Below are positions 8,622 to 19,253 of a DNA stretch of 64,000 nucleotides, piece after piece. The notes below the pieces were generated by a model. It made no database searches. It saw nothing but the letters and a program-made list of their open reading frames with translations, and was not told where the DNA came from. The stretch covers positions 1-64,000 of IMG/VR virus record IMGVR_UViG_2690316068_000001, one strand, 5' to 3'. This DNA is from a virus. Its lineage: Duplodnaviria; Heunggongvirae; Uroviricota; Caudoviricetes. Both the position numbers and the translations under genes were made by a program. How positions within the stretch are numbered: the first letter of the stretch is position 1; the number at the start of each line of letters is the position of its first letter.

Positions 8622-11600
8622 TCAACTCTCGCGTAGTCATTCATCAACGGATCATCAATTGACAGTGGCACCGTGCGCATAACGCCCGGTTGAGGCGTGC
8701 TGACCTTTACGACAGTTCCCTGGCCTTTCGCCGAGTCTTTAGTGTGCTCTTCAATCCTGGCAAGCAATGAGGTCATCTGCGCAAACAGCCGCTTCGTTTC
8801 ACCATCAAGTGAAACGGTATTATCAGCCAACTGCATTGTCGGCTTGGCACCGGAGCCGCCAAGGTCACTAATAACCTGTCCGTCTATCTGCATACGACCG
8901 GTTGGTTGCTGCAAATCGTTGGCGGCAGTCGTCACCTGGGACGTGGAGGCTGGTTCAGGCACATTATTTTTCCGCATCCCCGGCGAGTTGCGGAGTTTAT
9001 CGAATAGTCCATCAATCCCCATTTGTGCGCCGAGTTGGTCAAAGTAACTTGAGTTGCTGGCCACCGGACGCGCCTCTTCGACTGGCATCGGAGTATCAAC
9101 ATACACATTGCCAGCTGCTGTTGCGGTCCCCTTCCCTCGTGCACGTTCTTCGAGCGTTCCCTGAACGACTTCCCGACGCATACCCCGGCCATTCATGAAT
9201 TTGTTGACCAGATCGTTAACACCAACAGCATTGCCAATTTTGTCTACCAGACCGCCTTTCTCAAACGGGCTATCACCAGGGGTAAACGCCAGGCCAGTAG
9301 ACTGATCGATAACAGCGTTATCAGGTATCTTTTCGTGAATTGCTGGTGCGCTATGATCTACCTTAGAGCCATAAACGGCACCATTATTGAGCATCTGCTG
9401 ATACCCTCTGACACGAGTAACATATTCGCCGGTACCGGCGACTACTCTCCCCTTATCAACATGCCCCATACCAGCATGATAGGCAGCTATTGCACGACCC
9501 TGATCACCGTTATAACGGTTCATCAGGATACTTAGGTATCTGGCGGCACCATCAGCTGCTTTTCGTGTATCCATGGCATCAGCATCGCTGAGTCCAAGAT
9601 CCTCCCTTGTACCTTTAGTGATCTGAAAAGCCCCAAGGGCAGATGAAAGTTTGTTCCCGTTTTTGTCTACTGGATTTCCAGTTCTCTGGCCTGCACTAGA
9701 CTCTGCGGAAGCAACTGCTGACAGAATCCCTTTTTCAAGCCCATACTTACGTTCAAGCTCATCAAAATAATCGGCATTGTCAGAAATCCATTGGTATCCG
9801 GCAGCATTTAATTTTGGCAAAGAAACATCCTTGCCATTGTTAAATCGACGTTTATCTATCTCATATGCACTTAATGCTTCCTCCTTACCTGTAGCAGACT
9901 GGCCCAAGGCAGCATCAATTGTTTGTGCTGCTTTATTTCCTGTTTCTACGGCATTTGCATTGATAATCTGATTAGCAGTTTCTTTAACTGTTTTATTGCT
10001 ATCTTTCGCCATATCCAGGGCCGCATTTATCACGCGGGCAGCAATATTAGTCTGTTTGGCATCGGATTCAGCTTTAGAATCAGATGTCCCCTGCTGGCTA
10101 TTAACCGGAGCTTTTAACTCTGGAGTGATTTCTTTCGCATTAGCCTCGCCGATCGGATTGGGTATTTTTGATACAATCATTGCCGCAGGGGTATTTTTAA
10201 CGGCATCAACCGCTGCATCTAATGCTTTACCTGGTAAATTTTTAACCCCATCCCAAATATTACTAGCTGCCTCTTTAATGTGTTTCCCTGGGTTCTTAAT
10301 GAAATCAATTGCACTATCAATTGCATCACTGAAAACCTGTTTCAGGTTATCGACAGTAAAGAAGTCTTTGATGGCATCCAGCTTTTCAAGCAGCTTATTA
10401 GATGTATCGCTAAACCATGCTGAAACAGCATCACCAATCTTTGCTGTGTAATCATCGAACTTGGTAGAAATGGTGTCGCCAAGGTTAGAAATATATGTTT
10501 CTAAGTTGGTAATCCCACTATCAATGGCCTGGGCAATACTTTCCGTCGAAAATGATTGCAACATATTGCCGATATCCTCAAATCCAAGTGATTTGAGAAC
10601 ATCACCAATAGCACTGCTAATACCAGATACCAGTCCCCCCAAATCAAGAACATTGGCTAACGTATAAGCGGCTTTTTGCTGGAATGATGGATCTTGTCCT
10701 GATTTAAGCCCAAACGCTCGACGTTGCGCTTCTGTATCATTCCAACCGGTTACCGCATCATAAATACCTCCAGCCACTGTGCCGACTAGGGGAATTGCGC
10801 GTAACGCCCCTTTACCAACTGCCTTTAATCCAAGTTTACCTGCTGCCCGGGCAGCCAAATCTCCGCCTTCATGGGCGAGAGTCTTCTTGCCACCACCGCG
10901 TAGCATTCCTACAAGTTTCTTTGCCCCCAGAGCGCCAAAAGCGAGTGCTCCAGCTTTTTTCAGCATGCCACGCCCCATTAACAACGACGCGACGCCACCG
11001 GCCCCCTTCCCTAACAGGCTAAATAATTTGGACAGCAAGCCGCCCTTCTTTTTCCCGGTGTTTTTGGCTATCTGATCAAGGGCGCTGAGAATCTTGTCAT
11101 TGCCCTCTTTAATTTCGCTGGTCTGATCCTGAAGTTCCTGAACCGTCCGTTTTTGGGTGTTAACCTGAACGACATCGGCACTATTTTGCGATTTACGCCT
11201 AAAAAAACCTTTTCTACGGCTGTTATCGTCATTGCCACGAATCACATCGGCAATAGACTTTCTGGCACCATTAAGCGATCCACCAACTTCTTTTGATATC
11301 CCGCCAAGCTCCTTCCCTGCGGCCCACAATGGACCAGCAACGGCATAACCTAACGCATCGACGGCGCGAGTCTCTGAAGGGTTACCTATGCCTTCAGCTA
11401 CTTTTGACAGTTTTTTTAATAAACCTGATTCAGCATTTAGACGCTCATCATCCTCTTTGCGCCTGGCCTTTTCAGCACGTTCAGCACGGGCATCTTCCGC
11501 TGCGGCCTTACTCCCTGACTTTCCAATAAAACGACCACGCGCATCGCGTTGGTTTTGGCTTTTTTGCGCACCGCCTTTTTGACCGAACATTTCGCGAGCG

Positions 11601-11992
11601 TGTTCGGCTGCTTCGGTCCGTTGCGCCTTTACATCCTCTGGTATAGCCTTCCTGCGTCGTTTTTTACCATTTGGTGTGGTTGATTTGGCCCGCTGTTCCT
11701 GTTGAGCAACATCTTCCTGAACTACACGAGAAACGTCCCCTAAATTAAGCCGTTTCATTGCGTCAACAATAGGGTCTACTGATGGCGCTTTGGCCACAAA
11801 GTCAGGCCGGGAATTTTCGATTGTGTGATTTAATGCCGACACGCTGCGAGAGACAGGATCAACAGTAGCAACTCGCCCACCTTTCAAATCTTCAACAGCT
11901 TCCCGGATACCAGCAAGCTCTTCCAGCTCTTTTGCGCTGGCGGTTTCAACTGTCCTTATAACATCGTCAATGTTGGCGTTTTTTCTTTCCAT
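8618..11992 (-). CDS. sit: Tape-measure-like / injection transglycosylase with lytic transglycosylase (SLT) domain
   Basis: 1124 aa; low-complexity G/K/A-rich N-terminal half; SLT-like segment (…GAFQITKGTREDLGLSDADAMD…AAYHAGMGHV…). Confidence 0.7.
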   Translation of the reverse strand: MERKNANIDDVIRTVETASAKELEELAGIREAVEDLKGGRVATVDPVSRSVSALNHTIENSRPDFVAKAPSVDPIVDAMKRLNLGDVSRVVQEDVAQQEQRAKSTTPNGKKRRRKAIPEDVKAQRTEAAEHAREMFGQKGGAQKSQNQRDARGRFIGKSGSKAAAEDARAERAEKARRKEDDERLNAESGLLKKLSKVAEGIGNPSETRAVDALGYAVAGPLWAAGKELGGISKEVGGSLNGARKSIADVIRGNDDNSRRKGFFRRKSQNSADVVQVNTQKRTVQELQDQTSEIKEGNDKILSALDQIAKNTGKKKGGLLSKLFSLLGKGAGGVASLLMGRGMLKKAGALAFGALGAKKLVGMLRGGGKKTLAHEGGDLAARAAGKLGLKAVGKGALRAIPLVGTVAGGIYDAVTGWNDTEAQRRAFGLKSGQDPSFQQKAAYTLANVLDLGGLVSGISSAIGDVLKSLGFEDIGNMLQSFSTESIAQAIDSGITNLETYISNLGDTISTKFDDYTAKIGDAVSAWFSDTSNKLLEKLDAIKDFFTVDNLKQVFSDAIDSAIDFIKNPGKHIKEAASNIWDGVKNLPGKALDAAVDAVKNTPAAMIVSKIPNPIGEANAKEITPELKAPVNSQQGTSDSKAESDAKQTNIAARVINAALDMAKDSNKTVKETANQIINANAVETGNKAAQTIDAALGQSATGKEEALSAYEIDKRRFNNGKDVSLPKLNAAGYQWISDNADYFDELERKYGLEKGILSAVASAESSAGQRTGNPVDKNGNKLSSALGAFQITKGTREDLGLSDADAMDTRKAADGAARYLSILMNRYNGDQGRAIAAYHAGMGHVDKGRVVAGTGEYVTRVRGYQQMLNNGAVYGSKVDHSAPAIHEKIPDNAVIDQSTGLAFTPGDSPFEKGGLVDKIGNAVGVNDLVNKFMNGRGMRREVVQGTLEERARGKGTATAAGNVYVDTPMPVEEARPVASNSSYFDQLGAQMGIDGLFDKLRNSPGMRKNNVPEPASTSQVTTAANDLQQPTGRMQIDGQVISDLGGSGAKPTMQLADNTVSLDGETKRLFAQMTSLLARIEEHTKDSAKGQGTVVKVSTPQPGVMRTVPLSIDDPLMNDYARVD

Positions 11993-12073
11993 GATCTTAT
12001 CGCCTACCGTTTCGGTTTAAGTTTTTCTTCCAGTTTCTCCAACAGGAAAAACGCATAGGATTCAGTGAGCCTT

Positions 12074-12955
12074 TCAGCGTCCTGAATCGGTATACCCCCA
12101 TACAAAACCAGGTTGGACACTAAGGTCTGATAGCTTTTCAATCCCCACCTGTGGAATGAAGTCGGTAGCCCGAAAGGGCACCCACAGACGGGTATACGCA
12201 CCCTCTGTGGACTCCTTTTTATCCTGGTTTGGGCATTTATGCGGCGGGAGACGAAGACGCATTTCACCTTTATCGATGTAGCACGGTAAACCATGTTCGA
12301 GCTTTTCATGAGCCAGTCGGATGTGTGCCGCCAGCTTCATAAATTCAGTATCAATGGCCATCCGTTTAATCGTTTCATAACGACGCTCAGCCTGATCTTC
12401 ACGAGTACCGCTAACATCGTTATAAAGCTCACACTGATAAGCGAATTCCCAAAAACGCAAATCAACGATCGCTTCTTTGAATTCCGCGTCGTCTTCAGGT
12501 GGCAATGCTGCACGGCGCATCTCCAGCATTTCCATTGCCCAACCATCAAGCGGCACGATACGCCATTGATAAGGCACTCCCTCTACAGACACCTCAATAT
12601 CGTCAATGAAAGGTTCCACTTCCAGGACCTGGATATCTTCAGCCAGAGCATTCATATCGCAATCGTAATAATGCTCTTTACCGCAATGTTTACAGGTGTA
12701 GGTGAATGTCTCGACCGGTGTTTCACGGGAGCCGGTAAATATCCACCATAACGCGGTAATCCGGTCCTGCGCCGTCCATGTCAGGGGATCATGTTTCGCG
12801 GGTTCAGCCAGCAAGGCTTTTAAATATGCCGTTGTCTGTTGTTCTTGTTCCTCCGGTGTTATCGAGTTGAAACGCATCGCATCCGCAATATTTGGCTGAC
12901 GGAACTGGATCAATTCAGTTGGCCGCGATGGTAGCGGGAAAAGGGGTAAAAGCAT
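12074..12955 (-). CDS. Hypothetical tail morphogenesis protein
   Basis: 293-aa ORF in the operon; contains CxxC…CxxC pairs. Confidence 0.4.
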   Translation of the reverse strand: MLLPLFPLPSRPTELIQFRQPNIADAMRFNSITPEEQEQQTTAYLKALLAEPAKHDPLTWTAQDRITALWWIFTGSRETPVETFTYTCKHCGKEHYYDCDMNALAEDIQVLEVEPFIDDIEVSVEGVPYQWRIVPLDGWAMEMLEMRRAALPPEDDAEFKEAIVDLRFWEFAYQCELYNDVSGTREDQAERRYETIKRMAIDTEFMKLAAHIRLAHEKLEHGLPCYIDKGEMRLRLPPHKCPNQDKKESTEGAYTRLWVPFRATDFIPQVGIEKLSDLSVQPGFVWGYTDSGR

Positions 12956-12969
12956 CCTTGCTCCTTAAT

Positions 12970-13581
12970 TCAAAGAGAAAAACTAAAGCCCAGAAGGGAA
13001 GCCAAAGAACTTGAGGATTGGTTAAACGTGCTGTGCAATGCGAAGGTCATTGGGAATGACTTAAATTCCGTGACCTGATCCCGCGCATAGGTGACATCGC
13101 CGGTAGTAACCGGGAATACCGTCATCTCATTTTCCAGTTTGGTTAAACCGGAAGACAGCAACCGATAAATACGCACATTGAGCAAATATTTAGACGGTAT
13201 GTTCACGGTGCCGTCAGGATTGATCACCCGACTTTTTGCCGTCTTAAACCAGTCCAAAACGAGGCCATCACCGGTATCCCTGACCATCATTGTTATCTGC
13301 CCAGGCGAACGCTCCGTTGGCTGAAGGATATTCCCTCCGCCGATTTTAATCGTTTCATATTCGATGCTGTAATCGTGGTAGGTAATGTCTTTGGCAAAGA
13401 AGTCTGCCCCCTCCAGCCCATCAACTTCGACAGAGAACTGCCATCCTTGCGCGAACAGCATTTTGTTCATGATGATTGACGTCAGCTTACCAACTTCCCG
13501 CTCACCAACGCCGGAGCCAAATAATGTCGTCGTTAATGCCGAAGATATATAAGACTTTACTGATGCAACATTAAGTCCCAT
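12970..13581 (-). CDS. Tail tube-like protein (putative)
   Basis: 203-aa ORF in the tail operon; assignment by size/position only. Confidence 0.4.
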   Translation of the reverse strand: MGLNVASVKSYISSALTTTLFGSGVGEREVGKLTSIIMNKMLFAQGWQFSVEVDGLEGADFFAKDITYHDYSIEYETIKIGGGNILQPTERSPGQITMMVRDTGDGLVLDWFKTAKSRVINPDGTVNIPSKYLLNVRIYRLLSSGLTKLENEMTVFPVTTGDVTYARDQVTEFKSFPMTFALHSTFNQSSSSLASLLGFSFSL

Positions 13582-13591
13582 ATCAACGACC

Positions 13592-14200
<609 letters not shown>

Positions 14201-14312
14201 TGTCATTTGTTACCGGTCAGTCTACACATTTCAGATACTACGTTAAAACAACTCAAGTGCTTCAAGTAGCACATCGTCATCAACACCCAATCCGAAGATG
14301 CGGAGATAAAAT

Positions 14313-15497
14313 TCAAGCCTTAAGAGGCTTTGTGTATGTTCGTGTAATCCAACCAGTAATAAACTCATCCCCTGATTTAACCTGCACGTAAAGCCATTGA
14401 CGATCTTTCTTATCTAAAATAGCAACAATTGTGTTTTTGCCAATGCATTCAATCACTTCACTATTTAAAGAAGGACTGACATGTAATCTTACGTTATCAC
14501 CAGTTATAAACCTAAAACCATTGAGATCTTCCCACTTAATTTCTGTGTTTTCTTTAATTAATTTTTGTTTTGATATTGGTGCATCCTCATATAGGGATAC
14601 AGAATATGATTCTGTCTTGTGTATTTGCGATAAGATTTGTTCTTTTGCATAATCAGCAATAGCGCCAAGCACCACTTCTGTTAAAAGCCACATAATAATA
14701 AACTGAAGCGGGTGAGGGAGCGACTTAAATGAATCAATGAACGTCGAACTGGATTTATTTAATCCTTTGTCTTGAACATCACTTTCGTTGTGAGATGTTT
14801 CAATAGCACCTTCGACATAAGCCTGTGCAATTGATGAAAGACTTTGCTCCATTATTTGATGTAATGAAGCCTTTTGCGCTAGGGTATATTGTTTTAATGA
14901 TTCTTTTATTTCATTGTTTAAATCTATCTTATGACTTACATTTTGTCGCAATTCATTAAGTATTGCTTGCATGTTATTTAAACCAGCTTGCTTATTAAGC
15001 ATCTCGAACTGGTTTCGTAACGGCATAGCAATTTCTGCCTGCTTCCTTAGCATTTGAATGTATTTATTTGCATCATGCGGGGGATAAACCTTGGCCTGTT
15101 TCTGTAGAATTTCAAGAAATTCACGATGCTTGCTATTTATTCTTCTCAAGCTCGTCATGTTCGCAAGCTGTTTTTTAACAGAATCACTAAGTAACGATTG
15201 CAAATTCAATCTTGCTATTTGTTCTTGAGCTAGCCGCCCTATTCTTAACTGTTCTTGCAAGTTTGCCATATGTTCTCTATACGATGGAATGATTGCGTTT
15301 TTTTGCAGTTCTGCCAACTGTCTAACCAAATTATTAGAAGCATATTCTGATTTTAATAAATCACTTGCCGATGTATATCCTGGCATTTTGATTTTACTTA
15401 AATTATCACGCCAGGTAATATTTGAATCTCTATTATAGAGATCGCTTACTGAGCCAAGTGCAAGTTTTTTAATATCCTTCACTTTATTCACCGTCAT
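14313..15497 (-). CDS. Coiled-coil membrane protein with C-terminal SH3b-like domain
   Basis: 394 aa; Q/L-rich heptads, one TM segment (PLQFIIMWLLTEVVLGAIA), C-terminal SH3b-like fold; AT-rich codon usage unlike flanking genes. Confidence 0.55.
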   Translation of the reverse strand: MTVNKVKDIKKLALGSVSDLYNRDSNITWRDNLSKIKMPGYTSASDLLKSEYASNNLVRQLAELQKNAIIPSYREHMANLQEQLRIGRLAQEQIARLNLQSLLSDSVKKQLANMTSLRRINSKHREFLEILQKQAKVYPPHDANKYIQMLRKQAEIAMPLRNQFEMLNKQAGLNNMQAILNELRQNVSHKIDLNNEIKESLKQYTLAQKASLHQIMEQSLSSIAQAYVEGAIETSHNESDVQDKGLNKSSSTFIDSFKSLPHPLQFIIMWLLTEVVLGAIADYAKEQILSQIHKTESYSVSLYEDAPISKQKLIKENTEIKWEDLNGFRFITGDNVRLHVSPSLNSEVIECIGKNTIVAILDKKDRQWLYVQVKSGDEFITGWITRTYTKPLKA

Positions 15498-15990
15498 CTT
15501 GCTTTAAACATCCATCATTTTTAGCTTCCTTGTAAATACTTGAAATTCCATCAAGAGAGAATGATGTAATTCGACGCGATCCGATATATACATCCATGTT
15601 TTTTTCTTTTGTGGCTGACGCTGACTTCCAAAAAGAATACCATTCCCTACGATTTGGAGCAGTGTTTTGCGTACCAATATTAAAGCTATCCGAACCAACA
15701 ATTAAGGTAATTACATCAGCTTTACGAGAAATTGTGTCGCGTGTAGAAAAATCAGCATTCTCTTTCCCTCCACTTACATACAAATTTCTTCCAGCTATAT
15801 GATCTTCGGAACCTTCCCTTGCTCCAGCATCACAAGAAAAGTTAATTGTATAACCATCGTCATTGGTTGCAGAGATTTCTCTCCACCCTTGCTCACCTCC
15901 TACCGTCCAAACGGTAGAACCTGCCATTGCTGATAATGGCAGAAAAGAGGACATTAATAAAAAGCTATACAATGACTTATATAATTTCAT
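15484..15990 (-). CDS. Secreted protein (signal peptide), unknown function
   Basis: 168 aa, N-terminal signal-like MKLYKSLYSFLLMSSFLPLSAMA; AT-rich. Confidence 0.55.
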   Translation of the reverse strand: MKLYKSLYSFLLMSSFLPLSAMAGSTVWTVGGEQGWREISATNDDGYTINFSCDAGAREGSEDHIAGRNLYVSGGKENADFSTRDTISRKADVITLIVGSDSFNIGTQNTAPNRREWYSFWKSASATKEKNMDVYIGSRRITSFSLDGISSIYKEAKNDGCLKQDDGE

Positions 15991-16078
15991 ATTTTTATCC
16001 TTTTTGTTTTAGATATTATAGGCATAGTCCATATTGTTAGATCCACTATGCCCAGAGAATTTAATATTATTCATTAAA

Positions 16079-16570
16079 TTATGGAGCTACACCCGGCCCC
16101 CTGGCTCGTTCTTCAAGCGTACCCTGCACGTTTTGATGGCGCATTCCTGGGGCATTTCTGATTGAGTCAATGCCATTTCTTCCAACATCTTCTTTATTAA
16201 CGGCATTGCTCGCCACCAGCACACCCCAGCTAGGGATAGCAAAATCAGGAGCTGTTTCGCATGCCTTTACCATATAATCGAAAGTGCTTCGATTGATCTC
16301 ATTTGCATCGGGGTTTAATAGGCGAGAATATTGGTATTTAGCATTTGCGTTGGTTGAGACTTTATACAGTTCCTGCTGCACCATCGCTTCAGAAAGTTTA
16401 AGGCGCTTCATATCTGACAGTAACTTCTTGCGCATGGATTCGTCTTCACTGACAGCAAATCCGTAAACGTGCCCAAGGTATTTCGTATAATCGGTACAAA
16501 TCTCCTTTACGCTTGATGCTGCATTAACAGTCCCAGCCATAAATAATAACGGTAGTAATAGTTTTCTCAT
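16079..16570 (-). CDS. Secreted protein with C-terminal segment homologous to an internal segment of the SLT tape-measure protein
   Basis: ORF-track frame 16079-16597; likely start ATG 16568-16570 (MRKLLLPLLFMAGTVNA signal) with GGTGAGG SD. C-terminus …NAPGMRHQNVQGTLEERARG… matches 8618-11992 product …NGRGMRREVVQGTLEERARG…. Confidence 0.6.
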   Translation of the reverse strand: MRKLLLPLLFMAGTVNAASSVKEICTDYTKYLGHVYGFAVSEDESMRKKLLSDMKRLKLSEAMVQQELYKVSTNANAKYQYSRLLNPDANEINRSTFDYMVKACETAPDFAIPSWGVLVASNAVNKEDVGRNGIDSIRNAPGMRHQNVQGTLEERARGPGVAP

Positions 16571-16666
16571 TATAACCTCACCTGCCTTATAACTCATTTA
16601 GGGTACATATTTTCGCCTTTAAAAAAAAGAGGTTATTAGATCCAATTGTGCATTTATTAAACAAAC

Positions 16667-16683
16667 AATGCTCTAATAAATTT
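16667..16683 (+). promoter_or_regulatory. C1-operator-like 17-mer (aatgctctaataaattt)
   Basis: Match to ATTGCTCTAATAAATTT consensus; upstream of icd/ant module. Confidence 0.6.
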
Positions 16684-16780
16684 GTATTTTTAAGTCACGA
16701 ATGCTATCTTTTCGCATCATATTGACCTTTTAATCGTTCAGGCTTATAGTTCCGCCGTCGTAGCAAATTCTGCGACCAGG

Positions 16781-16803
16781 TTTGACAGCCTGAATGATTG
16801 TGC
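16781..16803 (+). promoter_or_regulatory. c4 antisense target repeat (a1/b1-like: tttgacag…gattgtg)
   Basis: Direct repeat of the 16940-16986 element; complementary to ctgtcaa/cacaatc at 16908-16927. Confidence 0.5.
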
Positions 16804-16867
16804 GGACAACCGCAGATTTCCGATATTGCGGTATTTTTGTGTCCGTTAAACCGCGTTACGCCCAAAT

Positions 16868-16945
16868 TATGGTGGGGCGTGATGGGGAGGCTTCGGCCTG
16901 CTGGTTTCACAATCGCCAGTCTGTCAACCCTGTCACGTCCTGCCA
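16868..16945 (+). ncRNA. c4: c4-like antisense RNA (approximate bounds)
   Basis: Contains cacaatc (16908-16914) and ctgtcaa (16921-16927), complementary to both target repeats; position upstream of icd. Ends not determined. Confidence 0.45.
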
Positions 16946-16986
16946 CCTGTTTGACAGCGGGTAGCAGGTTGTTAAACCTGATTGTG
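16940..16986 (+). promoter_or_regulatory. c4 antisense target repeat (a2/b2-like) overlapping icd ribosome binding region
   Basis: tttgacag (16940-16947) and gattgtg (16980-16986) immediately upstream of icd start. Confidence 0.5.
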
Positions 16987-16997
16987 AGGCCGTAACT

Positions 16998-17219
16998 ATG
17001 GTTAATGCCAATCCTTGCGCACGCCAAGAATTCATCTGGCGTTTCTATTCCTGTAAAAAACACCACTATCACTTCGTTATCGCAGCAACAGAAGACGAAG
17101 CACGCTCTCAATTGCCTGACGGCCCCTGCATTTTTACTGCCCGTTTTTCAACTAACTCGCGCAATCCACTTAGTTACTGGAGCCTCCCCTTCTCTGCCGA
17201 CGTTCAGGGGGGTTTATGA
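16998..17219 (+). CDS. icd: Icd-like small protein (cell division inhibitor of immunity region)
   Basis: 73-aa ORF whose stop overlaps the antirepressor start; preceded by antisense target repeats. Confidence 0.65.
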   Translation: MVNANPCARQEFIWRFYSCKKHHYHFVIAATEDEARSQLPDGPCIFTARFSTNSRNPLSYWSLPFSADVQGGL

Positions 17220-18259
17220 AAAAACCTCTCGTCACCCGTAATGACATAGCCGAAGCGATCGCCCTGCATACTGCCTGTATGCCGACACGGGAGATCCCCG
17301 GCGCAATTGCCAACTATTTCATGATAACCAGACGTTTTTATACCCGAACAGATAAGGCTGTGATCAACAAGCTACTGATAGCCGAGATCAGGGATTATTT
17401 GATTGAACAAGGACGTCTACGTTACGCAACAGTGGCAGCAGAAATGAGAAAGGAGGCACATAGAATGACCGGTAATAATTTGAATGTTGAAAAAACAGCA
17501 CCTGTTACGTCAGCTACGCCAGCACCAGCCGTGAATATCATCCCCAACACCGGAGACACAATCGACAGCCTGACACTGTTAAAGATGGTCAATGAAGCGC
17601 GTAAGTTATGTGGGGAACCAGAGGTTCGGAACAACAAATTCATCGAAAAAATACTCGACGAATTAGAAGGTGAGGACGGTTACACAAAAAGTGCAACCGT
17701 GCCGCCAGGTGGCGGTACGCCTATGGTTGTCATAACCATGACCTACAAACAAGCCCTGCGAGTCGCCGCACGCGAATCAAAAGCCGTCCGCCGTTCGCTG
17801 ATCGACAAACTGGAAGAATTACAGCAGGCAAACTCCCCTACCCCATCGATCCCCCAGACATTACCAGAAGCCCTACGCCTGGCTGCCGAGTTAGCAGAAC
17901 AGAAAATGCAGTTGGAACAACAGCTGGTGGCCGCAGCCCCTAAAGTCGATTTTGCCGACCGGGTATCAGTGGCCAATGGAATCCTGATCGGGAACTTTGC
18001 AAAGGTCGTTGGACTTAAGCAAAACGCCCTTTTCTCATGGTTGCGCCAGAATGGCATTCTCATGGCTTTTGGAGCGCGCAAAAACGTACCGCGCCAACAG
18101 TACATCAACGCCGGGTATTTCACGGTGAAAGAAGTGGTGCTGGATGATGAAAATGGCTACCAGATACGGCTGACGCCCCAATTAACGGGTAAAGGCCAGC
18201 AGTGGTTAACTCGCAAGCTACTTGATGCTGGTTTGTTAAAACCAGTAGCAATAGGTTAA
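17216..18259 (+). CDS. ant: Antirepressor (Ant-like)
   Basis: 347 aa; C-terminal ~110 aa shared with the adjacent KilA-like protein (…LPEALRLAAxLAEQK…KGQQWL…LLDAG…). Confidence 0.65.
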   Translation: MKKPLVTRNDIAEAIALHTACMPTREIPGAIANYFMITRRFYTRTDKAVINKLLIAEIRDYLIEQGRLRYATVAAEMRKEAHRMTGNNLNVEKTAPVTSATPAPAVNIIPNTGDTIDSLTLLKMVNEARKLCGEPEVRNNKFIEKILDELEGEDGYTKSATVPPGGGTPMVVITMTYKQALRVAARESKAVRRSLIDKLEELQQANSPTPSIPQTLPEALRLAAELAEQKMQLEQQLVAAAPKVDFADRVSVANGILIGNFAKVVGLKQNALFSWLRQNGILMAFGARKNVPRQQYINAGYFTVKEVVLDDENGYQIRLTPQLTGKGQQWLTRKLLDAGLLKPVAIG

Positions 18260-18337
18260 CAAAAGAAAAAAACCTGCCAGCAAACTGGCAGGTTTCTGAG
18301 CAGATCGTCCAACCCGATCTGGATCGAGTCAGAAAAA

Positions 18338-18354
18338 TTTGCTCTAATAAATTT
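18338..18354 (+). promoter_or_regulatory. C1-operator-like 17-mer (tttgctctaataaattt)
   Basis: Consensus match ~70 bp upstream of kilA-like gene. Confidence 0.6.
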
Positions 18355-18423
18355 CGTTTTCTAAGTGCAAAGAATCACCATTTCGAGCTGGTGATTGAAG
18401 GTTGATGCAAATTTGGAGAAAAA

Positions 18424-19224
18424 ATGCAACAAACATTCAATGCGGATATGAATATATCAAACCTTCATCAAAATGTCGATCCTTCAACCACTCTGCCCGT
18501 TATTTGTGGTGTTGAAATTACGACCGACCGCGCTGGCCGTTACAACCTTAATGCTCTACACAGAGCGAGCGGACTCGGTGCCCATAAAGCGCCAGCTCAA
18601 TGGCTAAGAACGCTGTCAGCTAAACAGCTCATCGAAGAGCTTGAAAAAGAAACTATGCAGAATTGCATAGTTTCGTTCGAAGGCCGTGGCGGCGGCACTT
18701 TTGCCCATGAATTGCTCGCAGTGGAGTACGCTGGTTGGATTTCTCCCGCGTTTCGGCTGAAGGTAAACCAGACATTTATCGACTATCGAGCCGGAAGATT
18801 ACAACCTGCTATTCCGCAGAGTCTCCCTGAAGCTCTCCGTTTGGCTGCCGACCTGGCAGAGCAAAAGCAACGGCTGGAACAAAAAATGCTTATGGATGCA
18901 CCTAAAGTCGAATTCGCCGAACGCGTTGCTACCGCCAGCGGGGTTCTAATCGGCAACTATGCCAAAGTGCTCGGTCTGGGCCAAAACTATCTCTTCACCT
19001 GGTTGCGTGATAACGGAATTCTGATCGCAACCGGTGAACGCAGGAACGTCCCCAAACAAGAATACATATCCCGTGGGTATTTCACCCTTAAAGAAACCGT
19101 GATCGATACAAGCAATGGAAGCAGGATTTCTTTCACGACTCGTATAACCGGCAAAGGTCAGCAGTGGCTGATGAAGCGATTGCTTGATGCTGGTGTGCTG
19201 GTACCTGTCGCGGCAACGCGCTAA
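18424..19224 (+). CDS. kilA: KilA-like protein (KilA-N domain, antirepressor-type C-terminus)
   Basis: 266 aa; N-terminal KilA-N-like region; C-terminal half homologous to the Ant-like protein. Confidence 0.65.
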   Translation: MQQTFNADMNISNLHQNVDPSTTLPVICGVEITTDRAGRYNLNALHRASGLGAHKAPAQWLRTLSAKQLIEELEKETMQNCIVSFEGRGGGTFAHELLAVEYAGWISPAFRLKVNQTFIDYRAGRLQPAIPQSLPEALRLAADLAEQKQRLEQKMLMDAPKVEFAERVATASGVLIGNYAKVLGLGQNYLFTWLRDNGILIATGERRNVPKQEYISRGYFTLKETVIDTSNGSRISFTTRITGKGQQWLMKRLLDAGVLVPVAATR

Positions 19225-19253
19225 CAGACGTAGTAAGAACCACCAGCATTGTA

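Noticed and set aside
8697-11582. Plus-strand ORFs (up to 151 aa) within the large SLT-domain gene
   Set aside because: Low-complexity, Ser/Ala/Pro-rich translations of the antisense strand of a GC-skewed gene; spurious.
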